64,000 nt of DNA from a virus (taxonomy: Duplodnaviria; Caudoviricetes): positions 64,001-128,000 of IMG/VR virus record IMGVR_UViG_3300047469_000103. One strand, given 5' to 3'. A program made the translations under genes and the position numbers. Positions 28,418 through 37,456 of the stretch are shown here, piece by piece. The notes beneath the pieces are model-generated. The model had not been told where the DNA came from. It did no database searches and was given only the letters and a program-made list of their open reading frames with translations. Position 1 is the stretch's first letter. Each line of letters starts with the position of its first letter.

Positions 28418-29773
28418 TTAATCCTCCAGCGGGCCGTCGTGGTAGCCGACAATTTTCATGTGTTCGTAAGTGCTGGTCACAAGGTACGAATCCCACTGAA
28501 TGCGGTCGTCGAAACCATACGATTCGCTGGTGATATTTGCAGCGATCATTTCGCGGTCGATTTCTTCCGGGTCGAGCAAATCGTAACGCTTCAGAATTTC
28601 CCGTGCATGTGCAGCGACAGCTTCTTTCGTCGCGTCAATTGTCACTACAGTTTCCAGTGCTTTCGACAGGCTACCGCGTTGCTCACGGAATTTCATTTTG
28701 CGCGGTGCTTTTGAGAGTTCGCGCTTCGGATAAGTGACGATCATATCCACGAGTTTTTCAATGTGCCCGACCACATTCCCGTCCAGCGGAACCAGATGGA
28801 AATTGCCGCTGCTACCGCTTTGGCTATCCGGGCTTTTCACGAACCAGATGATTTCGTTTTCGTAGAAAGCAATCGAGAAATAATTGTCTGTCTCGGGATT
28901 AACCGCAGGCCAGAAAATACCCGGCACGCCTTCGTGATCCAGCATCGGACGCGCCGCACGAATTTCGTCAATGCGTGGACTGAGTTTCATCAGGCTCAGG
29001 AAAGTTTCGGCGGTTGACAGGTACGCTTTAACTGGTGCGTCTTCACCGTTACCGCCCCAATCAAATTCCAGTTTGTCGTATTCGCCAAAAGCGATTTCAA
29101 CCAAACCGAAACGGGTTTCGTAAGCAGTGAAAATTGCGCGTTCTTTTGCATGCTCTTCGTTCAACACGGCCACCTGTTCGTCGGTGTATTGCGGATCGAG
29201 GCATTCTGCGTCACCGGCTTCCCACTCAGAAGTTTCGTCTTCCATGCTGCCTTGCGGTTCGCCGGTTTCTTTTTCGAATTCTTCAATCTGCGCTTTGGTC
29301 GGATGCGGTACGCCAGCAATAACCATGAAACCACAGCACGGACAATGGTACATGCCGATTGGCGCACCGGTTAACATTTCTGGATGTTCGTAGCATTCGC
29401 CTTCGACGTTCATGTAAATGCGATAAACAAATAACCGCATTTTGTCGTCGCCCAGCGTGCGCATGCTGACGTGATATTTCTCAGGATCGAGATTCAGTTC
29501 ATGAGTCCACGCGCCGATTACTTTCATGCAATCGTCAGCGGTAGCATCACCATTCAATTTGAAAACACACATCAGGGTCGATGGTGCGAAGTCGTCGCCC
29601 TGTACAAAGAAAAACGAACCTTTGTCGTAACGGCACGGAACCAGATTCGCCGGACAGAACATTCGGTCAAGCGTAACGTCCACCGAAGAGCCGTTGAATT
29701 CTGGAAACTTCACGTCGAGAAATTCATCGCGGAAAGTGCCGGGAAAAAGCAGTGTGATTTCTTTGCTGTTCAT
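28418..29773 (-). CDS. Multi-domain hypothetical protein with Zn-ribbon motif
   Basis: 451 aa; 'GAPIGMYHCPCCGFMVIAGVPHP'; separate C-terminal module 'KFREQRGSL...YGFDDRIQWDSYLV'. Confidence 0.7.
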   Translation of the reverse strand: MNSKEITLLFPGTFRDEFLDVKFPEFNGSSVDVTLDRMFCPANLVPCRYDKGSFFFVQGDDFAPSTLMCVFKLNGDATADDCMKVIGAWTHELNLDPEKYHVSMRTLGDDKMRLFVYRIYMNVEGECYEHPEMLTGAPIGMYHCPCCGFMVIAGVPHPTKAQIEEFEKETGEPQGSMEDETSEWEAGDAECLDPQYTDEQVAVLNEEHAKERAIFTAYETRFGLVEIAFGEYDKLEFDWGGNGEDAPVKAYLSTAETFLSLMKLSPRIDEIRAARPMLDHEGVPGIFWPAVNPETDNYFSIAFYENEIIWFVKSPDSQSGSSGNFHLVPLDGNVVGHIEKLVDMIVTYPKRELSKAPRKMKFREQRGSLSKALETVVTIDATKEAVAAHAREILKRYDLLDPEEIDREMIAANITSESYGFDDRIQWDSYLVTSTYEHMKIVGYHDGPLED

Positions 29774-29782
29774 GCTTGTCAC

Positions 29783-30133
29783 CTACAGAGGGATTACACG
29801 AAAAAGGAAATTGCATGCGCGGATTACCAGCGCTGCGCAAATGGAATCTAAAACGAGTTGGTACGGCTCGCATGGATCGTCGTAAATATCCGGCAACGAA
29901 TAATCGCCGTCGTAGTTCGGTTCCAAATACAGCAAGCCTTCCATGCGATTGCGCGGGCTATCCGTCACACATTCATCAGGACGCACGCCGTACAGATTCA
30001 TCAACTGGCGCGCACCGATGTAATGAACCTGACCATCGAATTTGCTAATTACTTCACCCGGACAAATCAGGAAATGTTTTCCGTGATCGGACAGGTACAC
30101 GCAATCTTTACCGAGTGTGGTTTTGTAGTTCAC
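29783..30133 (-). CDS. Hypothetical protein
   Basis: GTGA overlap; 'LICPG.V.S..DGQ.HYI.A.QL..LYGV...EC' motif. Confidence 0.65.
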   Translation of the reverse strand: MNYKTTLGKDCVYLSDHGKHFLICPGEVISKFDGQVHYIGARQLMNLYGVRPDECVTDSPRNRMEGLLYLEPNYDGDYSLPDIYDDPCEPYQLVLDSICAALVIRACNFLFRVIPL

Positions 30134-30726
30134 AGCGGCTTCAATTCCTTGATGTTCACTTGCGTGTTTTTGTAGCCTTCGTTGCCCTTCAGTCCACGCG
30201 TCAATTCGGCATAAACTTCGCCGTCGTTTTGCACAGTGTAGCGAACCAGAATCCACGCCATTTCACTGAAGCGCACCGGGTCGCCTACGTGTGGGACAAA
30301 CGTCTGCACCTGAAAGAATTCGGTAGGCTTCATTTCAGCCGCCAGACTTTCGAACTGTGCAATCAACGTAGAGAAATCGGTTTTGTTTTCCAACAGCGCC
30401 TCAATTTCTTTTTTCAGCTTCTCGCCGTCAACGCTGTCTTCCAGTTCAACCGCACTCATGAACCACTGACCAGAACGCAAAAGCTTTTTCAGCATTGTTT
30501 CCAGTTCTTTGCAGCGCTGTGCAGCTTTCACGCCATCCACCAGCGTGTTCATGCTTGGAGCATGCCCGGTTTCTTTGTGAGCGGCCAAGCACATTTCGAT
30601 CCACGCTACCATCTGACTGTTCATGCTGCGATGTTGCGTATCAGCAATTTCCTTCACATGATCGCGCATGCCTTCCAGAAGGCGGATAACGAATTTGTCG
30701 GCGGTGCGGCTGCTGTAGGTTTTCAT
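30130..30726 (-). CDS. amrZ: AmrZ/Arc-family ribbon-helix-helix transcription factor with extended C-terminus
   Basis: N-terminus [35 protein letters not shown] closely matches Pseudomonas Amr[36 protein letters not shown] (recalled sequence). This is a phage homolog, not the host gene. Confidence 0.85.
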   Translation of the reverse strand: MKTYSSRTADKFVIRLLEGMRDHVKEIADTQHRSMNSQMVAWIEMCLAAHKETGHAPSMNTLVDGVKAAQRCKELETMLKKLLRSGQWFMSAVELEDSVDGEKLKKEIEALLENKTDFSTLIAQFESLAAEMKPTEFFQVQTFVPHVGDPVRFSEMAWILVRYTVQNDGEVYAELTRGLKGNEGYKNTQVNIKELKPL

Positions 30727-30770
30727 AAACATCCTAAATATAAATAGTGAATCGCGCAGGAAAGCGGAAC

Positions 30771-31343
30771 TTACTTGCAGAGGTCTTTGTAGCTGACGAT
30801 GGCTGTGTTCTTGCCGCCGTCCATAAAGAAAGTGTAGCTGTCTGCCTTCGGTAAAAACTTACGGAATTTCTCGCCATTCGCAACGAATTCTTTCCGCGTC
30901 TCTTTACCGGTTTCTGTCAGCAGAACTGTCATGGCGTTGCCGTCGATATCGAGTCGGGTTTCTTCGTCGATTTCACTGGCTGGTGTCATGTAGATTTTGT
31001 AACCGAGAACAGTCATGTAACGGTAGCTGTAATTCCGCGTACCGGTCATGGTGCGCTCGCCAACTTTGAAAACACAATTCGAAGTATGCGAACCGTATTT
31101 GTCGTAATCGGTGATGTAATCTTTCCAGAAGAAGTATCCGTACAGTGCAACCATACCCAACAACGAACCGACGACAGCAACTGCAATCGCCCAAAACTGA
31201 ATCCGTTTAGCGAGACGCCGACGTTTCTCAAATTTAGCTGAATCTTCACGATCATTTTTCAAAATCGTTTCCAACTCAGCGTCCAACACTTCGTTAAGTG
31301 CGTGGTCGAGTTCTGCGGCGTTTGGCTGTTGTGGCAAAGTCAT
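30771..31343 (-). CDS. Bitopic membrane protein
   Basis: 190 aa; TM '[24 protein letters not shown]'. Confidence 0.7.
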   Translation of the reverse strand: MTLPQQPNAAELDHALNEVLDAELETILKNDREDSAKFEKRRRLAKRIQFWAIAVAVVGSLLGMVALYGYFFWKDYITDYDKYGSHTSNCVFKVGERTMTGTRNYSYRYMTVLGYKIYMTPASEIDEETRLDIDGNAMTVLLTETGKETRKEFVANGEKFRKFLPKADSYTFFMDGGKNTAIVSYKDLCK

Positions 31344-31352
31344 GATAATCCC

Positions 31353-31850
31353 TTATTTGTATTTGGCTTGGAAGTAAGCAATTTTCTCGGCATGTTTTTC
31401 AGCGAGCGCTTCGTCTTTGGTGCTGACGATATCTTGCGAGAAAAACACAGTTTCTGTGCAGATGAATGTTTGCCGGTGTGGCTTGCCGTCTGAGAACAAA
31501 AGTTTCAGACAGAGCCGTGTGTAATTAACCAGCATTTTGTAATCCGAAACCACGTACACGTTCGCATCGGTGTGCGGAATGTGATCGAGTAGAATGCACT
31601 TGCTTGTGCCTTCCACGTAGAAGAGTGGGCGCGGCTGCTCAGTAAAAAGATTCTGAGTCAGCCAACGCTGTTTCAAAACCATTATCTTGTTGCGAATTTT
31701 CGAAATGTATTCGACCAATTCCTTATCGCGATCCAGCCCCGCACCTTTGTAGATGCGTTCAAGCGTTTCGTGTGTCTTATACATACGGCCCTGCTGTCTT
31801 GCTAACAGGTCGTGAAGTTCCGGTGCCGTCAACTTAGCTAATGGTTTCAT
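31353..31850 (-). CDS. Hypothetical protein
   Basis: 165 aa, AGGGA RBS. Confidence 0.65.
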   Translation of the reverse strand: MKPLAKLTAPELHDLLARQQGRMYKTHETLERIYKGAGLDRDKELVEYISKIRNKIMVLKQRWLTQNLFTEQPRPLFYVEGTSKCILLDHIPHTDANVYVVSDYKMLVNYTRLCLKLLFSDGKPHRQTFICTETVFFSQDIVSTKDEALAEKHAEKIAYFQAKYK

Positions 31851-31855
31851 TGTCC

Positions 31856-32227
31856 CTAAACCTTGCGCCCTAATGTGGTCGTATCTGTGTCGTCAGTAAT
31901 GTACTGATACCCGCCCTTATTGTAGAGCGGTGCAACACGGTTCTTTTTCTTTTGAATTTCAACCTGTGCAGCGGCTTCGCGTTCTTCATAACCTTCGATT
32001 GGGAAAGTGTCCCAACCTTCCACCTTTTCGGGAACGGTGGTAAGGCTGGGGAAGTCAGGCGGTGATGGCGGCACAAAAGAAACGCTCAGACTTTTCTCTG
32101 ATTTCTTTTTGACTTTTGTTACGCTGCCATCGGGATTGCGTCCAAGCTCTTTTGCAAGCTTGGCAATGCGCGCCTGTTCGCGTATTTTATCTTGCTTCTT
32201 TTGCTGCTGTTGCTTACGCGTAAGCAT
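31856..32227 (-). CDS. Basic hypothetical protein with C-terminal 'VAPLYNKGGYQYI' motif
   Basis: GGAGG RBS; the motif resembles a widespread large-phage hypothetical family. Confidence 0.65.
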   Translation of the reverse strand: MLTRKQQQQKKQDKIREQARIAKLAKELGRNPDGSVTKVKKKSEKSLSVSFVPPSPPDFPSLTTVPEKVEGWDTFPIEGYEEREAAAQVEIQKKKNRVAPLYNKGGYQYITDDTDTTTLGRKV

Positions 32228-32240
32228 ACAGCGCCTCCCT

Positions 32241-32471
32241 TCAGTCGATATGGTCACTCATGCGCAGAATGATTTCGTCTGCCATTCCACGACTGCCATA
32301 TTCTTTGCCGTCGATGGTTTGTGTACCTTGGCACGTGATGAACATCGACTGCACTTTGGCAACGCCCGCACTGACGATTTTACCCGGCAGTGTCAGCATG
32401 TCAAAATCCAGATCGTCGCCAACAATAACCGGTACTTCTTTGTCGCCCACTTTCAGAATAACGTATTTCAT
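32241..32471 (-). CDS. Hypothetical protein, diverged 'MKYV...SAG' family
   Basis: 76 aa; 'MKYVIL...IVSAG...CQG...SRG..DEIIL'. Confidence 0.6.
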   Translation of the reverse strand: MKYVILKVGDKEVPVIVGDDLDFDMLTLPGKIVSAGVAKVQSMFITCQGTQTIDGKEYGSRGMADEIILRMSDHID

Positions 32472-32478
32472 AATTACC

Positions 32479-32721
32479 TCAGTGCTGTGTGTGACTTGCC
32501 CATTCTAACAAATCGGTCATTTCATCATAACCAATTTGCGCCGAGTTATGCGTTATGACAAAAGCGGAGTCTGTAAGCTCTGCAACGATTTCAAAAGTTC
32601 CGGGTAGCTCTCGCGGAATCGCGACAACATAGAATCCGCCGTGCTTTTTGATATCGGTTGCGCGCACTGTGATATTGTCGAAAGCTTCCCGTTGCCGGGA
32701 CGCGTATATCTTTGTAACCAT
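32479..32721 (-). CDS. Hypothetical protein
   Basis: 80 aa. Confidence 0.55.
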   Translation of the reverse strand: MVTKIYASRQREAFDNITVRATDIKKHGGFYVVAIPRELPGTFEIVAELTDSAFVITHNSAQIGYDEMTDLLEWASHTQH

Positions 32722-32783
32722 AGCAATTCTCTTTCTACTCGTGTAGCCATCGTTATCCCCACGCCAATTGGCGGTGTTACAAA

Positions 32784-33227
32784 TTAAGAATAGCGGATGT
32801 ATTGACGCGGTTGTGGATTACCTTCAACCACTTTGAAACGGTCGGAATTTTTATTGATCCAGTTGGAGAACGGCGTGCCCCAGCCGCGCATCTGGTCTTC
32901 AGTGACCATAACCACTTTTGCGTTTGGCAGCGTTTCGATTACGTCGAACATCGTGAACGGTTTGTCCAAAGGCATTGCGAACGCCAGCGGATAAACTTCT
33001 TGAATTGCGACTTTTTCTTCGACTGGAACTACAACCGTTTTGCCGCCGCCGACACTGCCGGTATCTTTCACAGCTTGCAGGGTTGCACGTACTGCGTTTT
33101 CTTTGCTGTCGTGATGCAGTTCGATCAGGTCGGTCAGCGCATCGTCAAATTGCAGACCGGTTTCTTCGCCGTGCTTCAAAACAATTTGCAGATGTTTGTT
33201 ATTCAGGTCTACGAAAACTTTTGTCAT
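32784..33227 (-). CDS. Hypothetical protein (possible ribbon/winged-helix DNA-binding)
   Basis: 147 aa, GGAG RBS. Confidence 0.6.
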   Translation of the reverse strand: MTKVFVDLNNKHLQIVLKHGEETGLQFDDALTDLIELHHDSKENAVRATLQAVKDTGSVGGGKTVVVPVEEKVAIQEVYPLAFAMPLDKPFTMFDVIETLPNAKVVMVTEDQMRGWGTPFSNWINKNSDRFKVVEGNPQPRQYIRYS

Positions 33228-33275
33228 TTTCTATTGCTCCGAGTTACAGGGAATCCCAAAGGGACATTAGGCGGT

Positions 33276-33485
33276 TTACTTCGTCGGCGTGTCCACGTGT
33301 TCCCAATCCACTTTTAGGAGCCGCACTTTTAATAGGCGTGCGAGCTTCCGGCTTTCGGTTGGGTTGAACTGGCGCGCTCTGAGTCTGCTTTTGCATGTTA
33401 AAATCTGCGTCTCTTCAATTGCATAAATGTAAGTGCCGTTTGCTAGCACTGCCACGTATTTACAGTTTTCGTCGATGGTGTCCAT
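33276..33485 (-). CDS. Hypothetical protein
   Basis: GGAGG RBS; 69 aa. Confidence 0.55.
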   Translation of the reverse strand: MDTIDENCKYVAVLANGTYIYAIEETQILTCKSRLRARQFNPTESRKLARLLKVRLLKVDWEHVDTPTK

Positions 33486-33502
33486 GTGCCCTCCGAAGAG
33501 GC

Positions 33503-34150
33503 TTAGACCACAGTTGCGAACGATGCCATGCGTGCTTCTAACGTCTTTGCCCAAATGCGTTTAGCTGGTTCGGTGAACATCGTTTGGCTGTTAAGGAAAT
33601 CAACCTGTGCCTTTGCGAACTCGGGCGCGGTCATATTCATTTGCAATTCACCACGCAAGTCGTGCGCCAGCGTTTGGATGTGAAACGGTTCGATACTTTC
33701 CATCAAATCCGCATCGCGCAAAACTTCTTGCAGGATGCCGACCGGTTCAATCACGAACGGGTATTCCGTGCATTCGATCATCTTGGCAATGTCTTGAATG
33801 GCGGTACGCGTGAAGTAATCGAGAACAGGCGGTGCGATGAACAGATGCGCAATTGCGATTTTGATATTCGTGCGATCAGGACGTTTGCCGGTGTGGCCGA
33901 AGTCATGGAACAACGCGGCACAAATCAGCATTGCCAAATCACGCTGCAAACGCCAGCCGTTAGCGATCAACAATTCAACGCAGCGCAGCGCAGTACGAAC
34001 GCAGTGCGGCGGGTTGTGATACAGGTTGCCGTGTTCGTCGCCTTCCAGCAAAACGTACTCGTAAATTTCACGCATTTTCAACTGGTCGATAATTTCTTCG
34101 AACAGCGCCATGCGATAATCTGCGACGACTTGTAATTCCAGATTGCTCAT
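33503..34150 (-). CDS. HD-domain phosphohydrolase
   Basis: 'YHNPPHC', 'AALFHDFGH' and 'LRDADL' give the H...HD...D signature. Confidence 0.85.
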   Translation of the reverse strand: MSNLELQVVADYRMALFEEIIDQLKMREIYEYVLLEGDEHGNLYHNPPHCVRTALRCVELLIANGWRLQRDLAMLICAALFHDFGHTGKRPDRTNIKIAIAHLFIAPPVLDYFTRTAIQDIAKMIECTEYPFVIEPVGILQEVLRDADLMESIEPFHIQTLAHDLRGELQMNMTAPEFAKAQVDFLNSQTMFTEPAKRIWAKTLEARMASFATVV

Positions 34151-34609
34151 TTAGTTCACTCCAATGAATTGCATGTGTGCAATAACCAACTGACTAGCAG
34201 CGGCGCCAAGCAGCCAACCCAAACCCATCAGGCCGAATGTCCATTTAGTCGAACCGAATTCACGACGCGCCAATTTCCAGCGATTTGCTTGGGTCATCAA
34301 AATGCCGTCTTCGACTGGTGGCAAATAACTGGTCTTTTCGAAATGTTGCAAAACCGGAATGAGACTTTTCACTTGTGCCTGAGTCAAGTGCATGCGCGTG
34401 TTCATCATGACTTCCACACCTTCTGGAAATTCATACGGCGCCCAACCTTTGCCGGGGATCAAATGACGCGGATTCGATTCTTCAAAGCCCAGCCAGATAG
34501 CGCCGGGAAACGCCATGCTGCTTTCCTGAATGGAACACTCATTGTTGTAGTGATCCTCGAAAATAACTTTCACAAAACCGCGTTGTGTTTTGTCTGCTTC
34601 CAAATTCAT
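34151..34609 (-). CDS. Conserved phage hypothetical protein with C-terminal TM
   Basis: 'RGF...F.D.Y...CSIQESS.A...IWLG...TRMHLT' motif. Confidence 0.65.
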   Translation of the reverse strand: MNLEADKTQRGFVKVIFEDHYNNECSIQESSMAFPGAIWLGFEESNPRHLIPGKGWAPYEFPEGVEVMMNTRMHLTQAQVKSLIPVLQHFEKTSYLPPVEDGILMTQANRWKLARREFGSTKWTFGLMGLGWLLGAAASQLVIAHMQFIGVN

Positions 34610-34785
34610 TTCATACCCTCAAGTTTGGCACGCCCCGGATACATGAAATACATCATGCCCATTTGCATAAACGACGTGAGTGCGTGGCCCCAACGCGCTG
34701 TGAGCAATTCCGAAAGCATCACAACAAACAATCCCCAAAACGTCGCGGAGTAAATGTGAAACCACGTGACGTTAGGCCATCGCAT
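34606..34785 (-). CDS. Small membrane protein (2 TM)
   Basis: Start MRWPNVTW; 59 aa, hydrophobic; ATGA overlap downstream. Confidence 0.5.
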   Translation of the reverse strand: MRWPNVTWFHIYSATFWGLFVVMLSELLTARWGHALTSFMQMGMMYFMYPGRAKLEGMK

Positions 34786-35413
34786 TTGATGCGACCTCGA
34801 CGATATGCGCCAGCCTTGCCCGCAACGCTTCTTGCTCTTCAGGACTGACTTCAACCGGTGCCATATCCGCAGCCATTTTCTGCGCGTCTTCTTTCGCTTC
34901 TTCGCGCTCGTGATAATCGCGTGCCGATTTGATGAATTCTTTTTTCCAGTTCGCAAACACTTCCGAGCGGGAACCGACTTCGTTTACGATGCGTAGGCCG
35001 GGGCCAATCATGCGCTTCAGTTTGCGTTTCACCGTGGCGATATCTTTGGAACTGTTCCAGTATTTTCCGCGCACAGTGCCTTGCAGATGTTCGTCTTCTA
35101 CAACCAACAGGTAATCGTAGAACGCGACGAAACGCTGGCCTTTCGCAACGCGCTGATATTCCATGTAGGTCGTCACGTCGAAATCGAAATAATCAGCCAG
35201 TTCGTATTCGTCAGGCGAACTGTAGCAGTAGCCGTTCTTCGACATGAACGACACTTCGTTGATTTCAACTTTCTTGATTACCAGTGTCGCTTTGGCACCA
35301 CGAAACAGTTTGCGAAATTCCGGCATAATCTGAATGAGGTTGCGTTTGTAGCCGTACATATCCCAACCCGGATACTGGTCGGAAAACTCACAAATCTTTT
35401 CAATGCCCGCCAT
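34772..35413 (-). CDS. Conserved phage hypothetical protein
   Basis: 213 aa; 'MAGIEKICEFS..Y.GW.MY.YKRNLIQ'. Confidence 0.7.
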   Translation of the reverse strand: MAGIEKICEFSDQYPGWDMYGYKRNLIQIMPEFRKLFRGAKATLVIKKVEINEVSFMSKNGYCYSSPDEYELADYFDFDVTTYMEYQRVAKGQRFVAFYDYLLVVEDEHLQGTVRGKYWNSSKDIATVKRKLKRMIGPGLRIVNEVGSRSEVFANWKKEFIKSARDYHEREEAKEDAQKMAADMAPVEVSPEEQEALRARLAHIVEVASNAMA

Positions 35414-35849
35414 TTGCTCTTACCTTAACAATTCTTTTGATTTCGCCAGCCAACAAAAAACCAGCAATGATGATAACTACCAGCAGACCAATGACGCCGA
35501 ACAACCCGTAGAAAAAACCTATCGACGTGTGTTCACGTTTGTCGATGCTGTACGGCCACAAAACCTCAATTGGTTTATTTCCGTCACGTTCGAATTGACG
35601 ATACAAACTATCGCCAATGCTGTCACTGAAATGCAACCCGGTTTCTCTGTCGATGAAATAACCGTATGTGTTGTAGTAGTGACTCGACTTGTGTTGCGTG
35701 TGTTGCGCTTCGGTGTCAATCATCCGCGCATATCGCATAACTTTTTCGTTGCGGTGCTGGCCTTCCATCACCATCCACACGCAACCCCACGCAGCGAGTT
35801 TCAGCGCTACGATAATCAGCAGCGAATAAATAATTCGTTTGCGTGTCAT
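35400..35849 (-). CDS. Membrane protein (2 TM, periplasmic beta domain)
   Basis: Start MTRKRII at an ATGA overlap; N- and C-terminal TMs. Confidence 0.65.
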   Translation of the reverse strand: MTRKRIIYSLLIIVALKLAAWGCVWMVMEGQHRNEKVMRYARMIDTEAQHTQHKSSHYYNTYGYFIDRETGLHFSDSIGDSLYRQFERDGNKPIEVLWPYSIDKREHTSIGFFYGLFGVIGLLVVIIIAGFLLAGEIKRIVKVRANGGH

Positions 35850-36073
35850 TTGCGCCCGCTCGTGTCTACCTTGCGATGCTTCCACAGAGCGCCGGTGTAT
35901 TCCAATTGCTTCGCGACTTCTTTGCGCGATCCTTTGTAGCCTTTGACGATTGTGTTCACGGCTTCGACATGCGATTTCGTTTTGCGAAGTTTCGTGTATT
36001 CGTCGAGCCAGTATTCACCCGGACGATTGCGCGTCATCTGTTCGTGCGGCGCAGTTTTCAAAATGTAATTCAT
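35846..36073 (-). CDS. Hypothetical protein
   Basis: 75 aa, coupled on both sides. Confidence 0.55.
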   Translation of the reverse strand: MNYILKTAPHEQMTRNRPGEYWLDEYTKLRKTKSHVEAVNTIVKGYKGSRKEVAKQLEYTGALWKHRKVDTSGRK

Positions 36074-36417
36074 GCGGTTGCTCGCAGGTCGTCTTCCATT
36101 TCAGCGCCGCGCTTAAAAAGCACGATGTATTCTTTCTGCGATTGAATGTCGCGCAGCTTCATACGACGGGTCGTGGTGCCGGTGCGTGGCTTGTACGAGG
36201 TTTCAACACTCATGAGTTTCAGCCACTCGAAATCGTTACGCAATTTCGAATCAATTTCTTTTGCCAGTGCATTCGAATACGACTGGCGCTCAGTGTAGCC
36301 AAGCATCTTGAAAAACGAATTCGTGCCGATGATGTACGTGTTTGGAATGTTGCAAGAATCCACGTTCATCAGATGGACAACGTTGCCAGTGCGTTCGATC
36401 TTGTGCAGGGCTTTCAT
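36070..36417 (-). CDS. Hypothetical protein
   Basis: 115 aa, coupled. Confidence 0.6.
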   Translation of the reverse strand: MKALHKIERTGNVVHLMNVDSCNIPNTYIIGTNSFFKMLGYTERQSYSNALAKEIDSKLRNDFEWLKLMSVETSYKPRTGTTTRRMKLRDIQSQKEYIVLFKRGAEMEDDLRATA

Positions 36418-36418
36418 T

Positions 36419-37282
36419 TTATTTGTACTCCGAACCGATAATGTCGAGTTGTTTACGCAGTGCCTTGCGGCGTTTCTTGTGCTGCTTCAAAAGCTCTTTA
36501 CAGATTGCTTCGTGTTTCTTGCCCGCCTCGTGCAGACGCTTATAGCCGAAGTGCAGCGAAACATATTCGCGACCTTCTGGCGTTTCGAACTGCACCATTG
36601 TATGGACGTATTCCGCCATAGCCAATTCTGTGCGCGTCTTGCCGCAGCGATGGCCGAAGCCTTCAGGAATACTGTCGATTGTCAGCAGCGGATTGATTTG
36701 CATCTTTTCCGCGTTTTTCATCAGTTCCTTAAAACGCGTAGGCCAATCAATCGTTGCTTCGAAATCATATTCCACACGAATGTCATCGTCAGCGTGTCCA
36801 ACGATTCCGTCGCCCTTACCTAATCCGCGTGGCAGGTCGAAAAACATCGGTGTAGGCATAGACAACATTCGGTCAATTGCTTGCCGCTGGTGATCGTACA
36901 TTTTATACGGAAAATTCGGTGTTGAAATTCCAAGTACGTGCGGAATCGAACTAGGGAAACCTTGTGTGAGCGCCTTGCCATGTACCACGTCGAAATAACC
37001 GGGCGGATAATCGAATGACATTTCGTCGTCGTGTCCGTGCTTCAACAGGAAATCTTCACGCGTTTGTTCGCGCATCTTTTTCCACTGCTCGCGCTGTTCG
37101 TCAGTCTGCGTCAGGTCTTCGTGTTTACCATCGGCGCCAATCAAACCGATGTAATCAATAAAGCGTGGTTCTGGAATTCCCGCTTCCCGCCGCAGACGTG
37201 ACTGTTCTTGTCCCTTCAAGTATTCCGCAGAGATATCAGCAACGCGGGAAGAAAAGTCGGACGATTTATTGCTGTCAGTCAT
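36419..37282 (-). CDS. Hypothetical protein with terminase/helicase-like motif fragments
   Basis: 287 aa; 'HQRQAI...PRGLGK' and 'RCGKT' fragments without a full ATPase domain. Confidence 0.6.
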   Translation of the reverse strand: MTDSNKSSDFSSRVADISAEYLKGQEQSRLRREAGIPEPRFIDYIGLIGADGKHEDLTQTDEQREQWKKMREQTREDFLLKHGHDDEMSFDYPPGYFDVVHGKALTQGFPSSIPHVLGISTPNFPYKMYDHQRQAIDRMLSMPTPMFFDLPRGLGKGDGIVGHADDDIRVEYDFEATIDWPTRFKELMKNAEKMQINPLLTIDSIPEGFGHRCGKTRTELAMAEYVHTMVQFETPEGREYVSLHFGYKRLHEAGKKHEAICKELLKQHKKRRKALRKQLDIIGSEYK

Positions 37283-37452
37283 TTCGTTTTATCCTGAACA
37301 ATTTTGCCAGCCTTCTGAATGAGTGCTGCGCGTTTCTTTACGGGAATCGCCTCATACTCTTCATTCAAGGCTTTCACGATTTGTTTAGCATTGCGCCCGC
37401 TCTTCATGTACTGAATGAGTCGGCAGGCAACGTCTTCGGCGGTAACGGTCAT
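37279..37452 (-). CDS. Small helical hypothetical protein (57 aa, missed by the ORF track)
   Basis: MTVTAEDVACRLIQYMKSGRNAKQIVKALNEEYEAIPVKKRAALIQKAGKIVQDKTK*; ATGA overlap with 37282; fills the gap exactly. Confidence 0.6.
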   Translation of the reverse strand: MTVTAEDVACRLIQYMKSGRNAKQIVKALNEEYEAIPVKKRAALIQKAGKIVQDKTK

Positions 37453-37456
37453 AACG

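Noticed and set aside
30739-30746. Perfect T4 late promoter TATAAATA
   Set aside because: It is on the plus strand, pointing antisense to all local genes, and lies in an AT-rich RBS region. It is probably incidental, although antisense transcription cannot be excluded.
32755-32777. CGCCAATTGGCG palindrome as a member of the UUAACC hairpin family
   Set aside because: It has a different loop and stem sequence, and there is a single occurrence.
36419-37282. Terminase large subunit
   Set aside because: The protein is too short, has no Walker B or nuclease domain, and lies in the early block. It is kept only as motif fragments.
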